Shown here one piece after another: positions 10,501 to 21,615 of a stretch of DNA of 49,856 nucleotides. Position 1 is the stretch's first letter, and each line of letters begins with the position of its first letter. The stretch spans positions 1 through 49,856 of the forward strand of contig CAXGMD010000015.1 in NCBI GenBank assembly GCA_964010765.1. Reading direction: 5' to 3'. Below the pieces are notes generated by a model, which saw only the letters and a list, made by a program, of their open reading frames with translations, had not been told where the DNA came from and did not search any database. This stretch comes from an uncultured bacterium (GTDB taxonomy: Bacteria; SAR324; NAC60-12). The position numbers and the translations under genes are program-made.

Positions 10501-11442
10501 ATGCTCTCTCAACCATTGCAAATCCGCTTTCTCGAAAAGCGACGATACACCATCTACCTCTCGATTTTCTTGGTTCTCAGCACTTTTTTGTCCGTGCTGC
10601 TTCATGGAGGGTTGAATTATGGAATTGACTTCCGAGGAGGAACCAACGTTCAGATTCGCTTTGACAGCGAACCAGACCTGAATCAATTGCGTGAATTATT
10701 CGCCAATCAAGGTTATGACAGCATCATGCTGCAAACCTTCGGAGCGGAGGAAGATCGAGAAATTCTACTAGGATTACCAATTGACAGCTCGTTGGGAACC
10801 GGGGAATCTCTGACAACCAACCTTCAACAAATTCTCCAAAATGCCAACACGAACCCAGAGATCCGGCGCGTCGAGACTATTGGACCAAAAGTTGGTGACG
10901 AGTTGAAAGAAGACGCTCTTCTGGCAGTTCTGATAGCTTTGGGACTGGTACTCATCTACATCAGCATTCGCTTTCAGTGGCGTTTTGGAATCAGTGCCGT
11001 AATGTGCCTCTTACACGATGTACTTGCCGTTGTTGGAGTATTTTCGTTGTTTGACAAGGAATTCAACCTAACGATCATCGCAGCTTTGCTGACGGTAGTC
11101 GGATATTCTCTGAACGATACCATTGTTGTGTTCGACCGTGTTCGAGAAAATCTTGCAAAGTTCCGCAAGCGTGAGACGGAAGATCTGTTGGATCTCAGCA
11201 TCAACGAGACCCTCAGCCGCACCTTGCTGACTTCTGCCACAACCTTGTTTGTTGTGACCATGTTGCTGCTCTTCGGTGGAGAAATTATTCATGACTTCGC
11301 ATTTGCCCTGTTTGTAGGAATCCTTGTTGGAACCTACTCCTCCATCTATGTAGCCAGCCCGATTTTCTTGCTGCTTCAAGAAAAAGCGCCACCCAAACCA
11401 GCAACACCCAGCAACACCGAACTCACCCAGGAAAGCCAATGA
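10501..11442 (+). CDS. secF: Protein translocase subunit SecF
   Basis: GIDFRGG, GYSLNDTIVVFDRVREN, ETLSRT, GTYSSIYVA. Confidence 0.98.
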   Translation: MLSQPLQIRFLEKRRYTIYLSIFLVLSTFLSVLLHGGLNYGIDFRGGTNVQIRFDSEPDLNQLRELFANQGYDSIMLQTFGAEEDREILLGLPIDSSLGTGESLTTNLQQILQNANTNPEIRRVETIGPKVGDELKEDALLAVLIALGLVLIYISIRFQWRFGISAVMCLLHDVLAVVGVFSLFDKEFNLTIIAALLTVVGYSLNDTIVVFDRVRENLAKFRKRETEDLLDLSINETLSRTLLTSATTLFVVTMLLLFGGEIIHDFAFALFVGILVGTYSSIYVASPIFLLLQEKAPPKPATPSNTELTQESQ

Positions 11443-12311
11443 CAGAATCCCCCAATCCAGGTTTCCAGCAGATTGCGATTGTCGGACTGGGCCTGATTGG
11501 TGGTTCCTTAGCTCTGGATCTACGACGGCTACATCTGGCAGAACATCTGCTCGGCTATGACCAGCGCCACCATCATTGTGAGGAGGCGCTCCATCGCAAT
11601 CTGGTTGACTCTGCCTCAACGAATTTTGATGAAAAACTCCGCGATGCGGATCTTGTCATTCTAGCAACCCCAGTCAGTAGCTTTCCTCAAGTCCTCCACT
11701 TTATCCGTCCTCAACTTGGACCGCATACGCTGTTATCCGACGTCGGCAGTGTGAAATCACCTCTCTTGTCCACAATCCAGGACTACCCCGAGTTGATTCC
11801 AAGATTTGTGGGGGGACATCCAATTGCTGGTGGCGAACGCTTTGGACCCACCAGCGCACGGACTCACCTTTTTGAAGGAAAGCGCTTCATCCTCACCCCT
11901 ACTGATGCAACTCCTCTCGAAGTCACTCAACGACTCCAGCTGCTTTGGGAAGCGCTTGGAAGCAAGGTTGCTGTAATGAATGCGGCACAACACGACCAAA
12001 TCTTTGCAGCAGTCAGTCACTTACCACACTTGATCGCCTATGCCAGCATCCAGGCCATCATTGGTTCAGATCAAGAGGAAGTACTTCAGTTTTCTGGGGC
12101 GGGACTCAAGGACTTCTCGCGAATCGCTTCTTCCAGTCCAGAAATGTGGACGGATATATTTCTTGAGAACAGAGAGCACCTACTGCCCAGACTTCGCCAT
12201 CTAAAAGAATTGTTGGGGCAATTGGATGATCATCTCGAACACGCAAACCGAGAAAAATTACAGCAATTTCTGCAGCAAGCAAAGTTTGCAAGAGATCAGT
12301 GGATTGGCTAG
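11439..12311 (+). CDS. tyrA: Prephenate/arogenate dehydrogenase
   Basis: GLGLIGGS, DVGSVK, GGHPIAG, HDQIFAAVSHLPH, RIASSSPEMW. Confidence 0.93.
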   Translation: MTESPNPGFQQIAIVGLGLIGGSLALDLRRLHLAEHLLGYDQRHHHCEEALHRNLVDSASTNFDEKLRDADLVILATPVSSFPQVLHFIRPQLGPHTLLSDVGSVKSPLLSTIQDYPELIPRFVGGHPIAGGERFGPTSARTHLFEGKRFILTPTDATPLEVTQRLQLLWEALGSKVAVMNAAQHDQIFAAVSHLPHLIAYASIQAIIGSDQEEVLQFSGAGLKDFSRIASSSPEMWTDIFLENREHLLPRLRHLKELLGQLDDHLEHANREKLQQFLQQAKFARDQWIG

Positions 12312-12469
12312 AGAATCAGCCTGAAAAAACTTGTGCTTTTGCTTGTTGAGTCTCATCTTTTTTCGTTTTATCTCGTAGATTTAAGCCGATAATCATGATC
12401 GGTTGCAAATCGATTCATTGTGCTACCGAGAAGGTGGTCGTTCCTTGTCACATGTCGTTGTAAACTCCT

Positions 12470-13774
12470 ATGAAAGTTCAGGTTCAGGATCTCGGTAAAT
12501 TGCGTCGCGAAATGCAGATTGAAATTCCTTTCGATGAGATCCGAGGGGAATATCAACAAGTGAAGGATCAGTTGCGCAATACCCGCCTGCGTGGATTCCG
12601 TCCCGGCAAGTTCCCCAAAGGATGGATGAAAAGCCGGTTCCGTAGTTCGATGGCCTACGAGATCCGTGAACGGTTATTTCCTCAGTTCTACTCGAGAGCT
12701 CTTCAATCAGAGAATCTGATTCCAGCAGTCCCTCCGACATCGTTGAACATTGACTTTGACGAGAAGAAGCCTCTGAGTTTCAAGGTTGAGTTGGAAATTG
12801 CACCGACACTTCCTGAAATTGACTACGACAAGCTGGCCCTGGAAGAACAAGAACTCAGTGAAGTCACTGATAAGGATATAGATGACATGCTCCAGCAGCT
12901 TCGTCGTGCTCGCTCGGTTCGAGAACCCAAGGAAGCTGGAGTAGTAGAGAAAGGGAATTTGGTGACTTTTGATGCTCGTGGTACTTTGGATGGAGAGCCA
13001 TTGCCAGAGGAGCAACAGATCGAAAAATCTGAGTTTGAGGTAGGTGGAGAATTATTTACTGAGTTCAGCGATGCCGTTTTGGGAATGGCTGTTGAGGAAA
13101 CAAAAACTGTTACCTTGGAGATGGGCTCCACCTTCAATGATGAATTGCAGGGGAAAAGTGCAGAATTCGAAATCACTGTTCAAAGTATTGAATTATTGAC
13201 TCTACCAGAGCTAGATGACGAGTTTTTCAAGTCCTATGGGCACGATACCGAAGAAGACCTACGCAAAGCTGTTCGTGAGATGCAGTCAGAGAACAAGAAA
13301 AACAATCGCATGACAGACTATCGGGAACAGCTTTTGCCGCAACTCGTTAGACAACTGGAAGATATTGACCTGCCCGAGAGTAGTATCGCAGAGCGAGAAA
13401 AAGCACTAAAGGAAGAAAAAAACGAAGCTGGAGAAGAGCTGACTGAAGAGCAGATCAGCCAACGAATGGAAGCACATCGTGATCGCTTACGCAGAGATTT
13501 TTTGGTAGATCACATCTTCCGAAGTGCTGCTCTACAACTGGACGAAGCAACACTGGCCAATCGTTTCTCAAATGCTGCTGGGATGATGGGGCTTTCTGCA
13601 CAGGATTTTTATAATCATCGATATGGTCGAGTGATGATGAATTCGATGGTCGCAGAGCTACGTGGCGAACAGGCACTGAACCATGTTATCGAAAAACTGG
13701 TTGGGCCAGAGCCTGCGAGTGAGGCATCAGACAATGCAAAAGAACAGCAAGCAACTGCTACTGAGCAGGACTGA
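12470..13774 (+). CDS. tig: Trigger factor
   Basis: GFRPGKFP ribosome-binding motif, FKBP-like middle domain, LPELDDEF; precedes clpP-clpX. Confidence 0.95.
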   Translation: MKVQVQDLGKLRREMQIEIPFDEIRGEYQQVKDQLRNTRLRGFRPGKFPKGWMKSRFRSSMAYEIRERLFPQFYSRALQSENLIPAVPPTSLNIDFDEKKPLSFKVELEIAPTLPEIDYDKLALEEQELSEVTDKDIDDMLQQLRRARSVREPKEAGVVEKGNLVTFDARGTLDGEPLPEEQQIEKSEFEVGGELFTEFSDAVLGMAVEETKTVTLEMGSTFNDELQGKSAEFEITVQSIELLTLPELDDEFFKSYGHDTEEDLRKAVREMQSENKKNNRMTDYREQLLPQLVRQLEDIDLPESSIAEREKALKEEKNEAGEELTEEQISQRMEAHRDRLRRDFLVDHIFRSAALQLDEATLANRFSNAAGMMGLSAQDFYNHRYGRVMMNSMVAELRGEQALNHVIEKLVGPEPASEASDNAKEQQATATEQD

Positions 13775-13809
13775 ACCGAACGAACTAACCCCAAATTAAG
13801 AGCGAGCCG

Positions 13810-14418
13810 ATGCCACTCATCCCGATGGTCGTCGAACAAACCAATCGAGGGGAGAGATCCTATGACATCTATTCACGACTGCTTAAGGATCGTATCGCCT
13901 TCATAGGCACCCCAATCGATGATAATGTTGCCAACCTGATGATCGCACAGTTGCTGTTCCTTGAGGCAGAAGATCCAGAGAGTGATATTTCTTTGTATAT
14001 CAACTGCCCCGGCGGTCTGGTCTCAGCGGGATTGGCGATTTATGACACCATGCAGTACCTGCGTCCTCAGGTGCAAACCATCTGTATTGGTCAGGCCGCC
14101 AGCATGGGAGCTATTCTTCTCGCTGCAGGCGCTCCTGGCAAAAGATATGCGCTTCCCAACTGTCGGATCATGATTCACCAGTTGATGGGTGGTTTCTCTG
14201 GACAAGCTGAGGACATTGACATCCAGGCACGGGAGATCGTACGCTTAACGGGCACGCTAAATGACGTCCTTGCCAAACATACTGGTAAAGATCCAGGACA
14301 GATAGAGCAGGATACGCAGCGTGACTACTATTTCTCTGGAGAGGAAGCCAAAGCATACGGCCTCGTGGATCATGTAATGACCAAGCGGGAAGATCCACCT
14401 GCTTCGAGCAATAGTTGA
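13810..14418 (+). CDS. clpP: ATP-dependent Clp protease proteolytic subunit
   Basis: [26 protein letters not shown]. Confidence 0.98.
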   Translation: MPLIPMVVEQTNRGERSYDIYSRLLKDRIAFIGTPIDDNVANLMIAQLLFLEAEDPESDISLYINCPGGLVSAGLAIYDTMQYLRPQVQTICIGQAASMGAILLAAGAPGKRYALPNCRIMIHQLMGGFSGQAEDIDIQAREIVRLTGTLNDVLAKHTGKDPGQIEQDTQRDYYFSGEEAKAYGLVDHVMTKREDPPASSNS

Positions 14419-14502
14419 TTGTAACACCAACCACTCTTTTCCATTTGCTGAGCTTCAGACCCAATTGAATGATGTTTGGGTCTTAACAATCATGGAGTCA
14501 GT

Positions 14503-15762
14503 ATGAGCAACCAGAAAGACGCACCATTGCGCTGCTCATTCTGTGGAAAAACACAGGATGAGGTAAAAAAAATCATTGCAGGGCCCGGCGTCTATATCTG
14601 TGATGAGTGCATAGAACTGTGCAATGACATCATGGAAGAGGAGTGGCAGCGCGAAAAAGCAATGGATGACTCTGAACAAGTGTTGCTGAAGCCTGCTGAC
14701 ATCAAAGATGTGCTGGATAACTACGTGATTGGTCAGCAGTTTGCCAAGCGTGTGCTTTCTGTGGCAGTTCACAATCACTACAAGCGTATTCATGCAAATC
14801 TGCACGATAGCGATGTAGAGTTGCAGAAGAGCAATATTCTGTTGATTGGTCCGACAGGCACAGGCAAAACCCTATTGGCTCAGACCTTAGCCAAGATCCT
14901 GAACGTACCTTTTGCAATGACTGACGCTACAACGCTGACCGAAGCCGGTTACGTTGGAGAAGACGTCGAAAACATTGTACTGAAACTTCTGCAGGCCGCT
15001 GATTATGATACAGAGCGCGCAGAACAGGGAATTATCTACATAGACGAAATTGACAAGATTACACGCAAGAGTGACAACCCTTCTATCACACGTGATGTTT
15101 CAGGCGAAGGTGTACAGCAGGCTCTGCTGAAAATTATTGAAGGGACAACCGCTAACATCCCTCCTCAAGGAGGACGCAAGCATCCACAGCAAGAGTGTGT
15201 TCAGGTCGACACCTCAAATATCCTCTTCATCTGTGGTGGCGCTTTCGTCAATCTCGATCAAATCATTAAGCGACGGATTGGAGATCGGGCCATCGGTTTC
15301 GGTAGTAAGATTCAGGATAAGATCAAAGATGCAGATTTGTTACGACAGTTGGAGCCGGAAGATTTGCTGAAGTATGGTCTGATCCCTGAATTTGTGGGCA
15401 GACTCCCTGTCATCAGCACACTGCATGATCTGGAAGAAGAACACCTGATTCAAATTCTAGTCGAACCAAAGAATGCTTTGATTCGACAGTACCAGAAGCT
15501 TTTTGAGTTGGAAAACGCAAAGCTATCCTTCACAAAAGGTGCTTACAAGGTGATTGCTCAAGAGGCGATCAAGCGCAAAACTGGTGCTCGCGGTCTGCGC
15601 TCGATTCTCGAGAAAGCCATGCTGGACATCATGTACGAAACTCCTTCGAACAATAACATTCAAGAAGTTGTAATCAGCGAAAATACGATCACTCAAGGTG
15701 TACCTCCCAAGTTGATCATGCGGCAATCTGCTGACAACAACCGAAAAATGAAAGTTAGCTAA
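14503..15762 (+). CDS. clpX: Clp protease ATP-binding subunit ClpX
   Basis: CSFCGK...ICDECIELC zinc domain, [22 protein letters not shown] loop. ATG 14503 follows GGAG. Confidence 0.98.
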   Translation: MSNQKDAPLRCSFCGKTQDEVKKIIAGPGVYICDECIELCNDIMEEEWQREKAMDDSEQVLLKPADIKDVLDNYVIGQQFAKRVLSVAVHNHYKRIHANLHDSDVELQKSNILLIGPTGTGKTLLAQTLAKILNVPFAMTDATTLTEAGYVGEDVENIVLKLLQAADYDTERAEQGIIYIDEIDKITRKSDNPSITRDVSGEGVQQALLKIIEGTTANIPPQGGRKHPQQECVQVDTSNILFICGGAFVNLDQIIKRRIGDRAIGFGSKIQDKIKDADLLRQLEPEDLLKYGLIPEFVGRLPVISTLHDLEEEHLIQILVEPKNALIRQYQKLFELENAKLSFTKGAYKVIAQEAIKRKTGARGLRSILEKAMLDIMYETPSNNNIQEVVISENTITQGVPPKLIMRQSADNNRKMKVS

Positions 15763-15776
15763 GCCCTCCCCGACCT

Positions 15777-16781
15777 ATGCCCCAAAAACCACTAGACGTA
15801 TACGGTATCGGCAATCCATTGATGGACCTGCTAGTACACATTCCAGCGAGCTTCCTTGAGAAGCAGGAACTGGAAGCCAATCGTATGTACCTGGTTCACC
15901 AGGAACGCCAAGATGAGTTGATTGAGGAGTTGCAATCCGGTCAACACGAAGTGATCTCTGCCCCAGGGGGATCGGCAGCCAACACCATGAGTGGGCTGGC
16001 ACTTATTGGTAGTAACGTGGGGTATACTGGTAAGCTGGGCCAAGATGAGTTGGGGCAACTGTACGAACAGTTGTTGGCAAACGAAGGAGTCACTACTCGC
16101 TTTGGTTTTGGGGAGGGTAGTAGTGGGAGTAGTCTGATCCTGGTTGGAGAGGACGGTTCTCGCACCATGAACACCTTCCTTGGAATGTGCCAGGAATTAC
16201 ACCCAAGCGACATTGATGCTGAGTTGATGCAGCAAGCCCGCTACCTGTACATCGAAGGATATCTCTGGGACACAGAAATTCAGCAGGATGCCGTCAGTCA
16301 AGCGATTGGCCTTGCCAAGAAACACGGTACAAAGGTCGCTCTCAGTCTTTCAGACCCATTCTGTGCTCAGCGTCACCAAGAAGCGTTCCACCGGCTGGTT
16401 CGTGAAGATGTCGATCTCCTCTTCTGCAACCAGGAAGAGGCTTTTGCACTGCTCAACACCGAGATCTCACAGGAAGCTCTGGAATACCTGGCCGCCCAAG
16501 TGGAGACCGTTGCTTTTACGATGGGAGCCCGTGGAGCTTTGGTATGCGAACAACGTGAGATGTTCTATATTGATCCTCGGCGAGTGAATGTCGTTGACAC
16601 AACGGGAGCGGGTGACGCTTTTGCAGCAGGATTTCTATACGGCCTGACTCACGAAAAGAGCATTTTTGAAAGTGGTGTTCTCGCCACTGCTATGGCAGCT
16701 GAAGTGATCCAGCATATGGGTCCTCGGCTGGACAGAGCCGTCAAGGAGAAAATGCAGAGCTTTTTCGGCTCTCACAACTGA
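15777..16781 (+). CDS. PfkB-family carbohydrate/adenosine kinase
   Basis: GGSAANT, RTMNTFLG, YIEGYLWD, DTTGAGDAFAAGF. Confidence 0.9.
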   Translation: MPQKPLDVYGIGNPLMDLLVHIPASFLEKQELEANRMYLVHQERQDELIEELQSGQHEVISAPGGSAANTMSGLALIGSNVGYTGKLGQDELGQLYEQLLANEGVTTRFGFGEGSSGSSLILVGEDGSRTMNTFLGMCQELHPSDIDAELMQQARYLYIEGYLWDTEIQQDAVSQAIGLAKKHGTKVALSLSDPFCAQRHQEAFHRLVREDVDLLFCNQEEAFALLNTEISQEALEYLAAQVETVAFTMGARGALVCEQREMFYIDPRRVNVVDTTGAGDAFAAGFLYGLTHEKSIFESGVLATAMAAEVIQHMGPRLDRAVKEKMQSFFGSHN

Positions 16782-16806
16782 TCCCACCTTCATCTTCTCT
16801 ATACCC

Positions 16807-17997
16807 ATGACGCTTCCCGAATTGCTGGCTCCTGCCGGGAGTTTAGAACGCCTGAAGGTCGCTGTTCTTTACGGAGCTAACGCTGTCTACCTCTCTGGAC
16901 ATCGTTTCGGGCTGCGCAGTGGAGCAGATAATTTCACTGATACTGAAATCATCGAAGGACTGCAGTTCGCTCATCAGCATGATGCCAAGGTCTTTGTCGT
17001 CCTCAATGCATTCCCCCATGACCAAGATCTCAAAGAGATGCCAGACTATGTGATCTGGCTGGAGCAGCAAGGTGTCGATGCTGTTATTGTTTCAGACTTG
17101 GGAACTTGTACGCTGATTCATCAGTACACCAACCTGCCGATCCATCTCTCCACCCAAGCGTCCTGCCTGAATTCTTGGGCCGCTCAAGCTTGGAAAAACT
17201 TGGGAGTTCAGCGTCTCATTCTGGGAAGAGAAGTATCTGTTCAGGAAGCTGGATGGATTCGGCGCAAGGTAGGGATCGCTGTAGAATTGTTCATTCACGG
17301 GTCGATGTGCATGGCCTACTCTGGCAACTGTGTCATCTCAAACTACACCGCTGGCAGAGACAGCAACCGAGGCGGCTGCGTTCAAAGTTGTCGATTTCAT
17401 TATGATGTTCAAGAAACCAATAAAGAAGAAGCCTTCAAAGCGTCCTTTATGAGTTCCAAGGATCTACGGGGTCTGGAGCAGTTGCCCCAATTTCTCGAAC
17501 ATGGAATTGACAGCCTAAAGATTGAAGGTCGAATGAAAAGCAACCTCTACGTTGCCACGACGACTCGTGTTTATGCACAAGGTTTAAAAGTTTGTGCAAC
17601 CGAACCACCTCCACTTCGGCAAAGTCGCCTGCAGGAGCTAACCCAGGAATTGGAACGAATTCCACATCGGGGTTACACCGAGGCTTCTTTGAACACACCT
17701 GCTGGACAAGACAGTATTTATCAGGGTCATCGCAACGGAGAGCAACGTTATGAGATTGCCGGAACAGTACTAGACACCTCTGAAAATTTTCTGACACTAT
17801 TGGTTCAGAACCCCTTTACTGCCGGAGAATCCCTCGAATTTCTAACTTTCGCAGGAGACACTATTTTACTGAATACCTCTGGGCTTCTGGATATCCAACA
17901 ACGACCACTGAACCGCGCCAAGCCCAATAGCCTTGTCTTGCTCCCCAGTATTCCTCAGATCAAGCCGTTGAACTTGGCTCGTCGACAAGCTGCCTAG
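16807..17997 (+). CDS. Peptidase U32 family protein (TrhP-like RNA hydroxylation protein)
   Basis: ELLAPAG, HLSTQ, HGSMCMAYSGNC, NRGGCVQSCR, SLKIEGRMK. Confidence 0.88.
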   Translation: MTLPELLAPAGSLERLKVAVLYGANAVYLSGHRFGLRSGADNFTDTEIIEGLQFAHQHDAKVFVVLNAFPHDQDLKEMPDYVIWLEQQGVDAVIVSDLGTCTLIHQYTNLPIHLSTQASCLNSWAAQAWKNLGVQRLILGREVSVQEAGWIRRKVGIAVELFIHGSMCMAYSGNCVISNYTAGRDSNRGGCVQSCRFHYDVQETNKEEAFKASFMSSKDLRGLEQLPQFLEHGIDSLKIEGRMKSNLYVATTTRVYAQGLKVCATEPPPLRQSRLQELTQELERIPHRGYTEASLNTPAGQDSIYQGHRNGEQRYEIAGTVLDTSENFLTLLVQNPFTAGESLEFLTFAGDTILLNTSGLLDIQQRPLNRAKPNSLVLLPSIPQIKPLNLARRQAA

Positions 17998-17999
17998 AG

Positions 18000-18272
18000 T
18001 CAACGTCGAATTTCAAAGCCTACTAGTCTCTCGCCCACTTCATCTCTTTCTACATCTACCGTAGCAACTTTTGAATAAGCAGGCCCTAGTTTACATTGCT
18101 CTACAAGTTGCTCTAATAGTGCCTCCTCACATTGAACGACAACCTCGACACTTCCATCGGGGCAATTCCAAACAGCCCCTTCCAGTTCTAATCTAGCTGC
18201 CTCCTGACGTACAAAGTAGCGAAAACCAACTCCTTGTACGACTCCTGTAATTTTCAATTTGTACTGCAACAT
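18000..18272 (-). CDS. acyP: Acylphosphatase
   Basis: GVVQGVGFR, NCPDGSVE, GP. Confidence 0.93.
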   Translation of the reverse strand: MLQYKLKITGVVQGVGFRYFVRQEAARLELEGAVWNCPDGSVEVVVQCEEALLEQLVEQCKLGPAYSKVATVDVERDEVGERLVGFEIRR

Positions 18273-18284
18273 TCCTTTTTTTCC

Positions 18285-19157
18285 CTACCGAGGACTGACT
18301 CCACGGAATAGCTGAACCTGCCATTTGTCCCGATACTTCTGGACAAATCCTTCGACCAGGATCTGATCTCCAAATTGCCAACTTGGTAAGCGATCCTGAT
18401 ACTTTTGACGCACCACTACCTCCACACCATTTTCCAGTAGTAGCAACTCTATGTAAGAACCTTTGCTAACTCTTCGTTCCAAGCGACCTGCCAACTTGAT
18501 AAAACGTTTATCATAGCGAGCAAGGTCTACGTTCTCTGCCTTTTGCAGCTTTGTAACATAACGGCGATTTGTCTTTGAATAGACTGTTCTTCCTTCATTA
18601 GCCAAGCGTTTCAAATAACGCCGACGTGAAGCATACGTGCTCCAGATGCCTCTCTTCTCTTCATAGGCTCGGGCCTCAGCATCTACATAGCTATCAAAAT
18701 TACTGGGCAACTGGTAGCGAGCATCAAAGAGGCTATGACCAAGACCGATGAGTAGTAGATTTACATTGGCATCTTCAGCCTGCAATAGCCCTAAAGTCCG
18801 TTGATAGCGATCTCTTGGAAATCGAGGAGACACCCAGAGTTGCAAGGGCCCATTTTGCAACCGATCCTGGAGGAAATCCCTTGCCGGCAAACCAAATTCT
18901 AGATCCTGACCCTTATGGGATTGATTCAGCTCTGGAGTATCAACAAACAGTAACCGGATTTTTTCTTCGGACTCCGTGTAGTTGTTCCGATTCCAATCAG
19001 CGTAAAAAGTGTCTCCATCGACTACCTTGACCATCGAAGGCGCAATGGGCTTTGCCTCCCAGCCAGAATTGCGCAAGTCCGTCCAGGACTCGGCAATTAA
19101 CAGTTTGGGACTGAGCAGGCATACAAGACAGATCCCAATCAAATAAATTTTTTGCAA
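18285..19157 (-). CDS. Secreted thermonuclease (SNase family) with probable C-terminal OB-like domain
   Basis: Signal peptide; VVDGDT, IRLLFVDTPE, DRYQRTL, KRGIW. GAGGTG RBS before the TTG start. Confidence 0.85.
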   Translation of the reverse strand: MQKIYLIGICLVCLLSPKLLIAESWTDLRNSGWEAKPIAPSMVKVVDGDTFYADWNRNNYTESEEKIRLLFVDTPELNQSHKGQDLEFGLPARDFLQDRLQNGPLQLWVSPRFPRDRYQRTLGLLQAEDANVNLLLIGLGHSLFDARYQLPSNFDSYVDAEARAYEEKRGIWSTYASRRRYLKRLANEGRTVYSKTNRRYVTKLQKAENVDLARYDKRFIKLAGRLERRVSKGSYIELLLLENGVEVVVRQKYQDRLPSWQFGDQILVEGFVQKYRDKWQVQLFRGVSPR

Positions 19158-19482
19158 GGATGCACCTCACATAAATGCTGTTATTCTCTATGATTTCCAA
19201 AAGATTTGTAAAACTGATTTTAACTGATAACACGGCTCCATATAATTGAAAAATCCTCAGGCAGTTCATGCACCAAAGAGCTCAACCAACTGTGGATTCT
19301 GAGGATCAGAAAATGTTTCATTTCAGAAAATCCTTGGGGTAATAACATGCTTCGGAAGCAGACAAAATACCTTGCAGTCTAGAAGTGTGGCTGTTAGTTT
19401 GAATCCAATTTTTCCTTCATCTGAACCAACCACACTGCTTCATTTGACATACCCTCTGTCAATCTTCATTCATAGGCTTCCC

Positions 19483-20850
19483 ATGCGATCCTTTTCGCGA
19501 CTGCGCCGATCGATCGGTCGCTCGTTCCTACTTTTGCTTGCTGTCTCCATGACTCCTTCCTTTACTCTTGGTGCCGAAGGTCTCTCCGACGGTTTATATG
19601 CCGATCTGGAAACCAATCGAGGTCGAATTCTACTGAAACTCTTTTACAAGCGAGTACCGAGAACAGTAGCAAATTTTGTGGGTCTTGCTGACGGAACACA
19701 AGCTTGGAAGGATCCAATTTCTGGAGACTCACGGAAGAGTAAGTTCTACGATGGGTTGACCTTTCACCGGGTCATTGCTGACTTCATGATTCAAGGTGGG
19801 GATCCATTGGGCACTGGTAGTGGTGGTCCCGGGTATCGCTTTGCCGATGAATTCCATCCAGAATTGCGACACAGCAAGCCTGGTATTCTCTCGATGGCTA
19901 ACGCCGGACCGGATACCAACGGAAGCCAATTCTTCATCACCCACAAAGAAACTCCCTGGCTCGATGACAAGCACTCCGTTTTTGGCGAAGTTGTTGAGGG
20001 CATGGATGTAGTCAATGCGATTGAGAAAGGTGACCGAATCGAACAGCTGCGAATCGTGAGGCAAGGGTCGGATGCGGAAGCCTTCGATGAAATGGCGGTC
20101 ATCTCCAAAGCCGATGCCACCAAGCAGGCTTTGTCAGAGCAAAACCGAAAAGAGCTCCCTGAAGCTAGTGCAGAAATTGATCCCTCTCGAGTGCCACAAC
20201 CCGACCAACCCGTTGCTTCCAAAGTTGCTCTGGAAATGCTTGTGATTGGTTACCAGGGTGCGCGTATTCCAAAGCAGGATCTCTACTACGACCGAGAAGG
20301 GGCGGCTGAGGTTAGCGCAAAGCTAGCCGACCTTGCTCGTCGTAAGGGAGCAGATTTCAGTGAATTGGTTGACCGCTTTACAGATCTGCCAGAGCAAACC
20401 CGCATTCCAATGATTGATCAGGCCAATCCACAACTACCACCGTTCCTCAAACCAGCCTTCTCACTATTGGAGGGTCAGGTCAGTGATCCAGTCGAAACCC
20501 CATTAGGTTTCTTGATCTTCAAACGCGTATCGCTTGAATTGATTACAGCAAGTCATGTACTGATTTCTTATCAGGGAGCACTACGATCTGAACAAAGCCG
20601 TAGCAAAGACGAAGCAATGCAACTCGCCCAGCAACTGCTCGTAGAAATTCAGGATGGTCGTGATTTTGCGGAAGTTGCTAAAGAGCATTCAAATGGACCG
20701 TCTGCTCCACAAGGCGGGATGTTGGGAGAGTTCCCCCGAGGAATGATGGTACCTGAATTTGACCAAGCAGCCTTTGCCTTGGAACCCAATACGGTCAGTG
20801 AGGTGGTTGAGACCGCTTTTGGTTTCCACATCATCAAACGCATCCAATAA
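19483..20850 (+). CDS. Exported multidomain PPIase: cyclophilin plus two parvulin domains
   Basis: Cyclophilin: FYDGLTFHRVIADFMIQGGDP, SMANAGPDTNGSQFFIT, WLDDKHSVFG. Degenerate parvulin: VSDPVETPLGFLIF. Intact parvulin: ASHVLI, GGMLG, VETAFGFHII. Confidence 0.9.
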   Translation: MRSFSRLRRSIGRSFLLLLAVSMTPSFTLGAEGLSDGLYADLETNRGRILLKLFYKRVPRTVANFVGLADGTQAWKDPISGDSRKSKFYDGLTFHRVIADFMIQGGDPLGTGSGGPGYRFADEFHPELRHSKPGILSMANAGPDTNGSQFFITHKETPWLDDKHSVFGEVVEGMDVVNAIEKGDRIEQLRIVRQGSDAEAFDEMAVISKADATKQALSEQNRKELPEASAEIDPSRVPQPDQPVASKVALEMLVIGYQGARIPKQDLYYDREGAAEVSAKLADLARRKGADFSELVDRFTDLPEQTRIPMIDQANPQLPPFLKPAFSLLEGQVSDPVETPLGFLIFKRVSLELITASHVLISYQGALRSEQSRSKDEAMQLAQQLLVEIQDGRDFAEVAKEHSNGPSAPQGGMLGEFPRGMMVPEFDQAAFALEPNTVSEVVETAFGFHIIKRIQ

Positions 20851-20856
20851 CATTGC

Positions 20857-21606
20857 ATGCCGGAGCAAGTCGCTACCGCTGCCATTGTGATCATTGGCAA
20901 CGAGATACTTTCGGGCAAAGTGAAGGATGAGAACTCTCACTATCTCTGTCGCGAATTGCGTGATCTTGGAGTGGAGGTTCGTTCTATCGTGACCATCCCC
21001 GATGATACCAAAACGATCGGTAGTGTTGTCCGGCAGGCTTCTGAAAAGTACACTTGGGTTTTTACCAGCGGAGGCATTGGTCCTACGCATGATGATTTGA
21101 CGGTTCCTTCGATTGCGGCGGGTTTTCAAACTCCACTGGTACGTTCGGAAAAGCTAGCAAAGCTGATCAGTGGCTACTACGGGAAAGAAGTGAATGAAGC
21201 TCATTTGAGAATGGCCATGATTCCAGAGGGCTCAGAGCTTCTATTTGATGAGAGCAAGCGGGTCTCTCAAATACTCTTCCATAACATTTTGATCTTTCCG
21301 GGAATTCCCAGACTGCTTCAGCGAAGATTCCAAACCTTTCGGGAACGCTTCCGTAGCAATCCAATCTATCTACACCAAATTTTCCTGAATTGTGATGAAG
21401 GACAGATTGCACATCTACTGGATCAAACCCTCGTTACCTACCCAGAATTGCAACTAGGTTCCTACCCACGAACCAAGGACGAAGAGAAACACGAGGTGAA
21501 GCTCACCTTGGAATCGAGAGAAGCCGCCTACCTGCAGGAAGTAGCCAATTACCTGCTTGAACGCATCCCTCCCCAGTTTATTTTGCGTAACGAATCCCCA
21601 ACCTAA
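20857..21606 (+). CDS. Molybdopterin-binding/CinA N-terminal-like protein (COG1058 pyrophosphatase), without a PncC domain
   Basis: IGNEILSGKVKDEN, SGGIGPTHDDLT, PGIP, GSYP. Confidence 0.85.
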   Translation: MPEQVATAAIVIIGNEILSGKVKDENSHYLCRELRDLGVEVRSIVTIPDDTKTIGSVVRQASEKYTWVFTSGGIGPTHDDLTVPSIAAGFQTPLVRSEKLAKLISGYYGKEVNEAHLRMAMIPEGSELLFDESKRVSQILFHNILIFPGIPRLLQRRFQTFRERFRSNPIYLHQIFLNCDEGQIAHLLDQTLVTYPELQLGSYPRTKDEEKHEVKLTLESREAAYLQEVANYLLERIPPQFILRNESPT

Positions 21607-21615
21607 GACCTGCTG

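Noticed and set aside
12312..12469. tRNA-Leu often found upstream of tig
   Set aside because: No cloverleaf or T-loop motif is present.
11439..17997. Functional link between tyrA (prephenate) and the U32 hydroxylase
   Set aside because: They are separated by tig-clpP-clpX-pfkB and a probable promoter gap; likely coincidence.
18285..19157. Thermonuclease as a defence or toxin system
   Set aside because: It is a secreted SNase with no immunity or defence neighbours; nutrient scavenging is the simpler reading.
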